DNA from: a virus
Taxonomy: Duplodnaviria > Caudoviricetes
IMG/VR virus record: IMGVR_UViG_3300020162_000715
Location: 1 to 30,533 of that record
Direction: 5' to 3' (one strand)
DNA: 30,533 nt
The position numbers and the translations under genes are program-made. How positions within the stretch are numbered: the stretch's first letter is position 1; each line of letters starts with the position of its first letter. Below the pieces are notes generated by a model. That model did no database searches, was not told the DNA's origin, and saw nothing but the letters and a program-made list of their open reading frames with translations. Shown piece after piece: positions 9,201-15,983 of the stretch.

Positions 9201-9253
9201 CCGTGAACCGCATGAAGCGCGAGCGAAATAAGCGCGGGAATTGCCTGCGGCAT
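3233..9253 (-). CDS. central tail fibre / tip attachment protein (J-like), 2006 aa
   Basis: N-terminal tip domain (PRRLIIGKRAVGG, YLSEGP, G.KFYDRRKDST, RYRANG), an FN3-like segment, internal repeats, and C-terminal SLSAITATIG...IEVYDANRLRVQLGIW typical of J-type fibres; follows the NlpC/P60 gene. Confidence 0.9.
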   Translation of the reverse strand: MPQAIPALISLALHAVHGIAWVNQLAQMMTLATVLQGIDAVVKNNSKVKDQGGLINLELNPAPPRRLIIGKRAVGGTLVDWYLGSTNNTKLYLPVYLSEGPCGTITKVWAGGRVVWSTPLVHGVRTAIPDFRSGGDRVWLTYYDGRVGQTADPSLVTYSAGDWTSANKMTGCAYVVVELQWDSDNLRSPPQFVFEHEGAKFYDRRKDSTAGGSGLHRLNDPTTWELGDAEGVNPMVALDHFQLGRFWNGQRVFGIGMPSKFVPYDKFLAQANVCDENVALKAGGTQKRYRANGIITANEAWDDVIKRHCTAMCAQPADFGGRVGVIGIEARTPVMELHDDDLPDMASETYTPKRTFGNLVGVVRGKYQEPAQVYQPIPYAEVSDPVWNTQDGAEPREFTFDLDFETNSERAERLATLKARYERRQGTLTGIYPYHTIELERGDWFVRTGEAGSRFGVTGKTFEVMERVFDPVTFTVTINAQEVDPSDSAWSQSLAADPPPVPISGTATLSAVQVPAITVTAISLTGTLSSVPALRIAWTAPTDPRVRFLYVEVENTDGTTPKTAKTIALPSDANFIVVSEGVADGEEYGVSAKFLSDTLQSEWCIAAIVFSSGAFATGAASSVPWSGVTGAGKPADNATVGGTFGIDVRETSGGVLATLAAFKTALGQAATIVGQGNFATVSTVANGSAFLTGFGGLSSLGFTTFGTNVRRADGTTIVTDALAITSLGQAASFVGQAALASLAFTTFGTNVRRADGTTIVTDALAITSLGQAATIVGQGNFATQSSVAYGSAFLTGFGSLAPLGFTTFGTNVRRADGTTIVTDALAITSLGQAATIAGQGDLATQSLVSSALLAAGVGKNAMYDTRFALDFANNFRGLAASGTPTFTTATSAAGVEYLQVTGAGVTIGNTISIDDYPRRTLFPVKAGERVEAHGLIGGANCSAFFARITWRDAASVFLSVSTGSSVASPGAGGGDVSTYTKVGVIATAPANAVYAQVEFMGTASTAAPQIRVSRPFKTLAKAGQTEFSEWGPGIEAEVGADVTIANQAASFTGQAALATLAFTTFGTNVRRADGTTIVTDALAITSLGQAATIAGQGNFATQSSVAYGSAFLTGFGSLAPLGFTTFGTNVRRADGTTVVTDALAITSLGQAATIAGQGNFATQNSVAYGSAFLTGFGSLAPLGFTTFGTNVRRADGTTVVTDALAITSLGQAATIAGQGNFATQSSVAYGSAFLTGFGSLAPLGFTTFGTNVRRADGTTVVTDALAITSLGQAASITGQGDLALTNRATLPFGSNAAPNSEFLSTDVYPPLGWSGGGTGNTTGVTFAGSLVTGGQRRAIKAVLTGTVGAGSTYSDTAYTGGHSSGILANTKRYALPVVAGDTVAASALVTKNASSSAVFVNVVWVTDSGAYISEVAGNGVTQSVSGDSGNPADYALSSLVAVAPANARFAIMYVRQSPIVGQVNPTAWFMSPLISRIQTGQTAVPPYTPGEVDRRANATAENQAATIAGQGAFATVSSVANGSAFLTGFGSLSSLAFTSFGTNVRRADGTTIVTDALAITSLGQAATIVGQGNFATQSSVAYGSAFLTGFGSLAPLGFTSFGNNVRRADGATVVTDAAAITSLGQAATIAGQGSFATLSSVARTSGLLTDFGSLAGLSNVLGLQAGSITGQGWGATASEANASNAQIPLGENLLVNTDWQEGIDGWAQGWTGDSGLGVTQGMALSGWTGFVRTSYVTIAGTPAINTVADSLTQKTYANLADLRRYSPRVRVGDRLWAGSYAAGHRCRCVVIVCWFDENGAIISSIEVGRTTSDNTPGGFANGRLENAERIGSFITVPASTCYMQIIHRLVSVGGVADPYAFFGFPMVAKVSSMQTVAPAYVTGKADRYVDYTPENQAASFSGQAALATLSFVQLSSNVRLADGTTIATNALLVTSQGQAATIAGQGALATKSQVGTGDFNVASLSAITATIGTLRTAISGPRVEIKDNIIEVYDANRLRVQLGIWT
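3400..7330 (-). repeat. coding repeats in the fibre: 61-aa (183-bp) and 42-aa units in clusters separated by three globular inserts
   Basis: Nine exact NVRRADG copies plus one NVRLADG; 183-bp period visible at 5451/5634/5817. Boundaries approximate. Confidence 0.9.
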
Positions 9254-9664
9254 TTATCCGACCTTCCATGCGCGCATTGCGATGCTTATCGGCGAATGAC
9301 GAATTCCGCGCGGCGCGACCGGCCCGATGATCGTCGCCCCATCACAGATCGCGAGAAAGTCGCCAAGCTCGCCCTTTGCCAAGGCGACGTCGCCGCGCTG
9401 CATGTCGCGCGGCTTGATTTCGGGAAGTCGCGCCGACGCGAGTTGCCCTAGGTCTTCGTATCCAAGCGAGGCGAGAAAATGCCAAGCCTCGCTTTCTGTT
9501 TCATACTGCCCGCGAAAGTCTTCGGCCATGTCGTCGCCCGTGACGGCGAGAATGCAATCGGCTGCGAAGATCGCGCAATCATGCCAGCCCCAGCGCCACG
9601 GCTCGCGCATCTTCGCGATCGTGCAACGGACTAGGGCTTGCTCCCATCCCTGCACGCGGCTCAT
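9254..9664 (-). CDS. NlpC/P60-like tail assembly protein (DUF6950-like)
   Basis: PWRWGWHDCAIFAADC..AVTGDD...FRGQY and QRGDV motifs; lies between the hub and fibre genes. Confidence 0.8.
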   Translation of the reverse strand: MSRVQGWEQALVRCTIAKMREPWRWGWHDCAIFAADCILAVTGDDMAEDFRGQYETESEAWHFLASLGYEDLGQLASARLPEIKPRDMQRGDVALAKGELGDFLAICDGATIIGPVAPRGIRHSPISIAMRAWKVG

Positions 9665-10332
9665 CGCGCGGCCTCGTTCGGATTATATCTGTTTCCGCCC
9701 ACGACTACCTGACCATCGCCGCCTGTCTGCATGCCCGGAACGGTTGTCCACGCGGTTCCAAACGGAATATCCTGCCTAGGTTTGAGCGCGATATTTTTGA
9801 AGCTGCCGTCAGTCGGGTCGCGCATCTTTTGATCGATATCGGACACGGTGCGGAGTGTGCGCGAGCGCGCGAGAAAGGTTCCCGAATAGCAAGTCATGAC
9901 GACGTTGGGTTCGACGTCGACGCCAAGCGGCGCTTGGATCGTGTCCATGTGGCCCAGCCAATCGAACGCCGTCCCGATCGCGGTGACGAAGTTCGTCGAG
10001 ACATTGAACAAGACTTGCCGAACGCGGATTTCGCGACGATGCCAGCTTCGGTCGAGGATGCGCCCGACGAAGCTTGCGTCGTCGAATTGCTTGCTTCCTT
10101 CGAGAACCAAAATCAGCGGCTCGGCGACTAGGTTAGAGCTTGATCGGATTTCGCCTTCGATCCTGCCCGTCGTGCCGATCGGCTCATAAGTCTGCCCGTC
10201 GAATGTGATCGTTTCATTCTGATCCCATGCGCGCAAAGTCCCTTCATCGCAGAACAGTTCGAAGAACCACGCGGAAGCTTTTTCCCGCGCGGCTGCTGCG
10301 TTCCTGACTTCTGTCGTTAGAGGCTGCGGCAT
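9661..10332 (-). CDS. tail tip / baseplate hub protein (gpL/DUF2163-like)
   Basis: Synteny (Dit, hub, NlpC, J); ITFDGQTY, F.WLGHMD and SDIDQKMRDPTDGSF motifs. Confidence 0.7.
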   Translation of the reverse strand: MPQPLTTEVRNAAAAREKASAWFFELFCDEGTLRAWDQNETITFDGQTYEPIGTTGRIEGEIRSSSNLVAEPLILVLEGSKQFDDASFVGRILDRSWHRREIRVRQVLFNVSTNFVTAIGTAFDWLGHMDTIQAPLGVDVEPNVVMTCYSGTFLARSRTLRTVSDIDQKMRDPTDGSFKNIALKPRQDIPFGTAWTTVPGMQTGGDGQVVVGGNRYNPNEAAR

Positions 10333-10334
10333 CC

Positions 10335-10946
10335 CTACCTGACAACTTGAACGGCATCGAATGAAACGCTTGCGCGCCCCTCCGCTCGTTCACTGTTTCG
10401 GGGTAGGGAAGCAAGTTTGAATTCGCCCAGCGCCTCGAAGAGCCTGACGTTTGGCGTCGCGTGCGGGGTTTGTGGATAAGGCCAGACGGACACAGTCGCC
10501 GCGCCGCCTGACGGGACCGCTGTCGCGAGAATTTCGCCAAGCCAATAGCCGCTTGCCGTTGTCGAGAAACCGACCATGTCGCCCGGTGAGAGGGTATTCG
10601 AGCCTAGGCCGGTAAGGTTCACGGTTCCGGCTGCAATGCTTACAGACGCAACGCCTAGCCCCGCGTTGGTCATGTTCGGGGCGAGCAATGGGCGACGCCG
10701 CGAAATGCGCGCCGCCGTGAAGCTCACGCGCGAGCCTTTGCGCCGGGCAAGCCAAGCCGTCAGGCTTCGATACGTCGTCGCGTCTAGGTTTTCATAAACG
10801 AAACTTATCGGCCCCCAATAGGGACGGCCTAGCGTGATGACGTCGTCATTGCCGCCGCGCATGGCGTAAGCTGTCTGCCGCTCCGAAGGCGAGGGCCAGA
10901 CGATCGCTTTCAGTTTGTCCGTGATGATGAATTCGCCCGCGCTCAT
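10335..10946 (-). CDS. distal tail protein (Dit-like)
   Basis: Immediately after the tape measure; LTAWLARRKG..VSF and LSPGDMVGF pattern with an inserted beta domain. Confidence 0.7.
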   Translation of the reverse strand: MSAGEFIITDKLKAIVWPSPSERQTAYAMRGGNDDVITLGRPYWGPISFVYENLDATTYRSLTAWLARRKGSRVSFTAARISRRRPLLAPNMTNAGLGVASVSIAAGTVNLTGLGSNTLSPGDMVGFSTTASGYWLGEILATAVPSGGAATVSVWPYPQTPHATPNVRLFEALGEFKLASLPRNSERAEGRASVSFDAVQVVR

Positions 10947-13874
10947 TTAGTAAGCCCCCACTAGGCGACGGTTTGCGATGCGAGCGTCGATCGCGTGCGG
11001 AAGCTCGCGACGGTGAGCCGCAAGCGTGCGCTCTAGTTGTTCGATCGTGACGCCGCCGCCCATGCTTCCGACGTTGATAACCGTGTCCCCAATCTGGATC
11101 GCTTCGCGCCCGCCGCTGTCGTCGGAAGTCATCGCGCCCGTCTTGTTCGGAATGATGTATCCGTCAGTTTTCGGCACGAACAATTCCGCGCCAAGCTCGC
11201 CGACGCGATACGCCCTGCCGCCCCTCACGTCGCCGCCCGAAGCTTTGCCGCCACTCAAGCCGAAGAAACCGGCGATGCCTGAAATCACTTCGCTGAAATC
11301 GCCAACGCCCTCCCCGCCGAATACGCTCTTCCAGACGTCGGCGTCCGTCAGAAGGTCGAAGAGAAGATCGACCATTTGATCGACCGCGCGCGAAAGTCCA
11401 TCCGCCGCCGCATCCCCGATAACGTTTTCGAGTAGGTCGCCATAGTCGCCGGTCATGATCGCGTCATAGAGCCCGCGCTTCGTCGCGTTCTTCACGTCTT
11501 CCGAATAGCCGTCCCAATATCCTTCGGGCTTGTTCTTCGGATCGGTCGAAGCGGCCATCGCGGCCAAGCGCGCATCGGCGTCGGCGACGGATGCGTCGTA
11601 TGCTGCATCGCTGTCCGAAAAATCTAGGCGCGCGTCGACGCTGTCTTTCAGTTGCGCCTGTAATTGATCGTCCAAAATTTTCTGAATGACCCGGTTCTGA
11701 TCCGGTAGCAGATCGCCGTTCGCGTTCAGCGCGGCAAGTTCGTTCAAGACTAGCAGGCTGTCTTCGACGGCGTCGTTATACGCGATCAACGCCGCGAGAC
11801 GCCCACGCGATTTCTCTTCCTCGGTTCCAACCGCATCGTTGACGGCTTCGATCGCGGCCCGATAATCTTCGAGCGCCGATGTGTAAATCGGGAAATCAAG
11901 CGCCTCTTTTTTCGGCCTGCCGCCGCCGCCCGGCGGTGGCGTCGTTTTCTTTGGCGGGTCGCCGTCTTTGCCCGGAAGGACAACGGCTGTTTCGCCAGCG
12001 ACAGCGACGTCGATCGCTTCCAGCGTGTCGAGCGCGCGCTTGATATCTGCTTCCGTTAGCGTCTTCGCCAATATGTAATCTTGCAGCAATCGCTGCGTAT
12101 CCGTCAGCGGAATTCGCTGCTTCAATTGCTCATCGATAGCGGCCTTGGCATTGGCAAGCTGATTTTCGCGCGTGCCGTATGCGCCTTCGATACGCCTTCC
12201 GCCTTCGGCGCTAATGGTCCCGTCAGGATTTAACGCGCTGCGGAAGTTGACCGCGCCCGCCGTCGTCCTGCCGAACAGGACGGCATCGTTCTTCGGAACG
12301 CGACCGGGTTCGACGCGACTAAATTCGGGGCTGTCTTTGCTCAACAGTCCAGCGGGGTAAGTGACTTTCTTCGGGGCGGATTGCGGGACGTTGAAAAGAA
12401 GGCGATCAAGTTCGTCGCCGGGCTTCTCTGCTTGAGCGCGCTTGTCTTCCGCGTCCCTCAAATCCATTTGAGCTTGCGCGCGAAGAACGTTCAGAAGTTC
12501 CTTGTTTTTCACGATGCGGGTGTTGATCGCGTCGACGTCCTGTTGCGCAGCGATGATCGCGGCTTCCCCGCCATCCTTGATTGCTTTGTTGAGGGTTTCG
12601 TTTGCGATCGTAAGGTCGGCGATATCGCTAACGATCTTGTTTTGCGCGGTAACCATTTTATCGATAGCGGCTTCGGCCTTGTCCACCATGCCGACGATAT
12701 CGTCGGAAACGGTATTGGTCAGACTGGCGACCAGATCGGCTACCCATGACAGCGTGTCGCCAAGCGTGCGGAAAATTCCGATCAGGATTTCGGTCGCGCC
12801 AGCCTCGCCGATCGCCAGCACAAGAGCTTCGAACGAAGACGACGCTTGCAGGATCGCGCCGTTTAAGTTTTCGTCCATCACTTTCGCAATGTCGCGTGAC
12901 GTGCCTTCGGAATTCTTTAGCGCGACCGTGTAGGCGTCTATGCCCTTCCCGGCTTCGCGCGATGCTTCCTGCAGGACCGAAAAAACGTCGAGGTTTTCGC
13001 CGCGAAAAATATCGATGACTTGATCCGTTGTGATGCCCGCATCAGTTAGCTTTCGAATGACGCCAGAAATCCCATCGGTCGCTAGATCATAATCGCCGAT
13101 CAGCGCCTTGATCTTGTCGCGCTGCGAAACAAGCTGCGTCGCTACCGATTGAAAGCCGCGACCGCCTAGACCGCCTGTCAGGCCCGCATCGGCGAGCTTG
13201 GCGATTGCCGCTGTCGCCTCCTCAAGTCCAATGCCAAGCGCCTTCGCGGTAGGCGCGGCAAACTTCATCGCCTCGCCCAGCGACGAAACGTCGGCGTTTG
13301 AAATGACGGACGCCTTCGCGAGAACGTCCATCACGCGCGCCGTCTGACTGACTTCGAGCCCAAAGCCGCGAAGCGTGCTGCTTGAAATTTCCGCCGCCTG
13401 CGCGAGCCCCAGCCCGCCCGCCTGCGCAAGATCAAGCGTCGGCCCGATCGCCTCTATGATTTCATTCGTCGTGAAACCGGCCTGCCCTAGAAGCGCCATG
13501 CCGTCCGCTGCCTGCGTCGCGCTGAACCGCGTCGTCGCGCCGAGGGCTTTCGCCTTGTCTTCGAGCGCGTCGAATTCCCTGCCCGTTGCGCCAGTGATCG
13601 CCTTGACGGTCGACATCGTCTGTCCGAAGTCGGCCAAAAGCTTGATGCTGGATACGAAACCCGCGCCAACGCCAAGCGTCAAAAGCGACGTGCTTAAGAG
13701 CTTCACGTTTTGCATCAGACCGCCGATGGAATTTCCGACCGCGCCCATGCTCGCCGACGCGGAATTCGCGAAGGCTCTGGCCTGCGCTTCGGCGCGCTGC
13801 AGATCGGCGACAAGCAACGAACCATCGGCCCGAATGTCGATTTCAACGCCGCCGATGTTGACCCGTCCGGTCAT
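10947..13874 (-). CDS. tail tape measure protein (TP901-family core), 975 aa
   Basis: AKALGATTRFSATQAADGM..LGQAGF and LGEAMKFAAPTA core; C-terminal GKASGGDV.GGRAYRVGELGAELFVP. Confidence 0.95.
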   Translation of the reverse strand: MTGRVNIGGVEIDIRADGSLLVADLQRAEAQARAFANSASASMGAVGNSIGGLMQNVKLLSTSLLTLGVGAGFVSSIKLLADFGQTMSTVKAITGATGREFDALEDKAKALGATTRFSATQAADGMALLGQAGFTTNEIIEAIGPTLDLAQAGGLGLAQAAEISSSTLRGFGLEVSQTARVMDVLAKASVISNADVSSLGEAMKFAAPTAKALGIGLEEATAAIAKLADAGLTGGLGGRGFQSVATQLVSQRDKIKALIGDYDLATDGISGVIRKLTDAGITTDQVIDIFRGENLDVFSVLQEASREAGKGIDAYTVALKNSEGTSRDIAKVMDENLNGAILQASSSFEALVLAIGEAGATEILIGIFRTLGDTLSWVADLVASLTNTVSDDIVGMVDKAEAAIDKMVTAQNKIVSDIADLTIANETLNKAIKDGGEAAIIAAQQDVDAINTRIVKNKELLNVLRAQAQMDLRDAEDKRAQAEKPGDELDRLLFNVPQSAPKKVTYPAGLLSKDSPEFSRVEPGRVPKNDAVLFGRTTAGAVNFRSALNPDGTISAEGGRRIEGAYGTRENQLANAKAAIDEQLKQRIPLTDTQRLLQDYILAKTLTEADIKRALDTLEAIDVAVAGETAVVLPGKDGDPPKKTTPPPGGGGRPKKEALDFPIYTSALEDYRAAIEAVNDAVGTEEEKSRGRLAALIAYNDAVEDSLLVLNELAALNANGDLLPDQNRVIQKILDDQLQAQLKDSVDARLDFSDSDAAYDASVADADARLAAMAASTDPKNKPEGYWDGYSEDVKNATKRGLYDAIMTGDYGDLLENVIGDAAADGLSRAVDQMVDLLFDLLTDADVWKSVFGGEGVGDFSEVISGIAGFFGLSGGKASGGDVRGGRAYRVGELGAELFVPKTDGYIIPNKTGAMTSDDSGGREAIQIGDTVINVGSMGGGVTIEQLERTLAAHRRELPHAIDARIANRRLVGAY

Positions 13875-14224
13875 TAGTTCATTTCCTCTTTCGGAACGAC
13901 TTTGATCGTGTGGCCGCTGCTATAAAGCCAAGCTTTTATGTTCATCGAAATTTCGGTCGGCGACTGCTGTCGAAGTTCCCTGCCCTTCCTGTTAACCAGA
14001 AGCTCTTCAATGTTCGGCATGTTCTTAACGCGCGCCAGATACTCGCCTTGATAAGCCGCGACCGTCGCCGTGTCGCGTTGATCGTATAAACGTTCGCGAT
14101 ACCCTTCGATAATCTTGAGCGTCGCGTATGGCGTCATTTCCCAAAATTCTTCCCACCCTACCCCTGCTCTAAGCGCCTCTTGAAGAGCGACTTCAAGGAA
14201 GTCGCCATTCGCTTCAACTTTCCC
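13874..14224 (-). CDS. C-terminal (T) part of tail assembly chaperone GT, expressed by -1 frameshift
   Basis: The -1 frame is open from the slippery site: KVEANGDFLEVALQEALRAGVGWEEFWEMTPY..., carrying the FW.MTP motif; its stop overlaps the tape measure ATG (TAATG). Confidence 0.85.
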   Translation of the reverse strand, partial: GKVEANGDFLEVALQEALRAGVGWEEFWEMTPYATLKIIEGYRERLYDQRDTATVAAYQGEYLARVKNMPNIEELLVNRKGRELRQQSPTEISMNIKAWLYSSGHTIKVVPKEEMN

Positions 14225-14652
14225 TCACTCGGTTTATTGCCTGCCTCCGTTTCGGGGCGCATGCCGGGACCGAACAGGGCGAGAAGCCAAGCCTTGTTCA
14301 GCGCCTCCGTCGTCGAGACGATCGGCGGCGACCATTCGAGAACGTCTTCGACAGGCATCGCCGAATTTCCGCGCCGCTTTGTGTCGCGTCCTGTTGCCCG
14401 GCTGATAAGATCGGCGAGCCCGTCAACGTCGCGCTCTTCGAGGTAGGTCGCGACCTTGCGAAGATATCCGGGCTTGCCGAAATCGCGCTGCAATAGCGAC
14501 ACGACTTTCCAGTTGAATAGAAGATCAACCGTCAAGCCGTTGTGATGCAGCGACACGATACCCGCGTTCGGGTCTTTGATCTTGAACGTTGGCGTCGACG
14601 GTTCGTCGTCGACGTCAACGTTCGCCAGTTCCCTCTTGAGCGCGACCAGCAT
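14158..14652 (-). CDS. tail assembly chaperone (gpG-like)
   Basis: Between the tail tube and tape measure genes; contains an in-frame G GGA AAG slippery heptamer. Confidence 0.85.
   Translation of the reverse strand: MLVALKRELANVDVDDEPSTPTFKIKDPNAGIVSLHHNGLTVDLLFNWKVVSLLQRDFGKPGYLRKVATYLEERDVDGLADLISRATGRDTKRRGNSAMPVEDVLEWSPPIVSTTEALNKAWLLALFGPGMRPETEAGNKPSEGKLKRMATSLKSLFKRRLEQG
14218..14224 (-). other. programmed -1 ribosomal frameshift heptamer GGGAAAG
   Basis: Same heptamer and phase (G GGA AAG) as lambda G/GT; links the two chaperone frames. Confidence 0.85.
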
Positions 14653-14653
14653 G

Positions 14654-15067
14654 TTATGGGACGACGACTTCGGTAATGTCGCCCGACAACTTGATCGTCA
14701 CGGTGCAAACCAGTTTCGTGCCGACCGAACGCGGGTTCGAAACGCCAAGAATGAGCGCGTCGAAAGTCGACTGCCAAGTTCCGTCGACAGCGCGAAAACG
14801 CTTGACCGTTCCCTTCGCGGCGCGGACGAGTTCTTGCGTGACTTGGCCCGGCTCCCAATTGAACGAGAACGAACCATTCGACGCGCGGATAATTCCGGCT
14901 TCGCTTTCTTCGCTATTGTTCGCGCTGTCGAAGTCCGTCGTATCGATGACGTCGGCGGCGCGCTCGCCCGGATTGAATTCGAAGACGCCCGGAATTTCGG
15001 TGTAGACGTCGGGCCCGGTTGCGGTTCGCATCGAAAATGCGGTGTTGCTCGGTAGTGAAACGGCCAT
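14654..15067 (-). CDS. major tail (tube) protein, 137 aa
   Basis: YTEIPGV.EF.PG..AADVIDTTDFDS...EE..AGI...NGSFSFNWEPG and IKLSG pattern of siphovirus tube proteins. Confidence 0.9.
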   Translation of the reverse strand: MAVSLPSNTAFSMRTATGPDVYTEIPGVFEFNPGERAADVIDTTDFDSANNSEESEAGIIRASNGSFSFNWEPGQVTQELVRAAKGTVKRFRAVDGTWQSTFDALILGVSNPRSVGTKLVCTVTIKLSGDITEVVVP

Positions 15068-15069
15068 GT

Positions 15070-15501
15070 TCAGGCTTCCTTGATTTTGAGGGACACGGTC
15101 AAGATACGACCCTCGATCGAAGGGTCAGACGTCGGCCCGGCGACCGGCCCCGACACAAAGGACGCCAACAAACTTCCGCCCGGAAAGCTTGCCGTCGTCC
15201 AGTTGTGCAGCAACGCGCGCGCGGCTTCCGCGACAGCATTGATCGCGATCGACGATCCGTTGTGCTTCGAATAAATTCTTGCGCGCAATTGAATGTCGCG
15301 CCCGTTGTTCGTGTAGGTGTCATCCGCATCGTTCAAGATCGGTTCCCCGACGATGATCGACGGCTTCGCTTCGACTTCGTAATCGGCGGGCAATGGTTCG
15401 GTGAGGATCGCGGGAACGCCGCCGTAAACGGCGAGCAACGCGCACAGGGGCGCGTTGCCAGCGAGGCGCGACCTAATTCCCGCTGATGCGTCCATAGACA
15501 T
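15070..15501 (-). CDS. tail terminator / completion protein (DUF3168-like)
   Basis: IRSRLAGNAPL.ALL, PSIIVGE and AVAEAARALLH pattern; directly upstream of the tube gene. Confidence 0.8.
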   Translation of the reverse strand: MSMDASAGIRSRLAGNAPLCALLAVYGGVPAILTEPLPADYEVEAKPSIIVGEPILNDADDTYTNNGRDIQLRARIYSKHNGSSIAINAVAEAARALLHNWTTASFPGGSLLASFVSGPVAGPTSDPSIEGRILTVSLKIKEA

Positions 15502-15529
15502 TGCGAAGCCTCTAAGCCTGATGCGCTTC

Positions 15530-15543
15530 TAAGGTGTTTCGCC
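15530..15543 (-). promoter_or_regulatory. conserved late-gene motif GGCGAAACACCTTA
   Basis: In the 48-nt intergenic gap, about 41 nt upstream of ATG 15501 (tail genes). Confidence 0.65.
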
Positions 15544-15549
15544 GATTTG

Positions 15550-15981
15550 CTAGAGCCGCGTTTTGCTCGCGAAAACCGCCTTAAGACGCGCCGTGTTTTC
15601 TGCGGTTAGCAGGCGGGAAATCCACGGGCGCGGCGCGATCTTGTCGGTCCCAAGTTCAAGCGCCGCCGCTTTTTCGAGGTTGTTAACGACCTTGCCAAGC
15701 GCGTAACCCGAAACAACGTCGGACAGGAATTCGACCTTTGTCATGTTGCGAAGCTGCGCCGTGTCCGGTGCGGGAGCCTCGCCCGGCGCGGACGCCTGAT
15801 GAAGTTTTTTCTTGCCGCGTTTGTATAGCTTGCCCGATCGCTTCGGGTCGCTCGAAAGGATATCGGTTTGAACGATGCGAAGGGCTTCGATCGTCGTCGC
15901 GCGAACGCCGCGAACCGCTGCCCTGCGAACAAGATCGTTCGCGAGCTTGATATCGAAATAAACCCTCGGCCCACGCGCCAT
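15550..15981 (-). CDS. HK97 gp10-like neck / tail-completion protein
   Basis: HQASAPGEAPAPDTAQLR and AALELGTDKIAPRPW motifs; start at ATG 15981 after GGAGG. Confidence 0.85.
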   Translation of the reverse strand: MARGPRVYFDIKLANDLVRRAAVRGVRATTIEALRIVQTDILSSDPKRSGKLYKRGKKKLHQASAPGEAPAPDTAQLRNMTKVEFLSDVVSGYALGKVVNNLEKAAALELGTDKIAPRPWISRLLTAENTARLKAVFASKTRL

Positions 15982-15983
15982 GC

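Noticed and set aside
11983-11996. GGCGAAACAGCCGT, similar to the late motif, inside the tape measure gene
   Set aside because: It lies in coding sequence (A-G-E-T-A-V), has a poor 3' match and has no nearby gene start; probably chance.
10947-15501. Gene transfer agent interpretation
   Set aside because: The head module (DUF4055-like portal, MuF, scaffold, no HK97 protease), long tape measure and linked lysis cassette fit a genuine phage rather than an RcGTA-type cluster.
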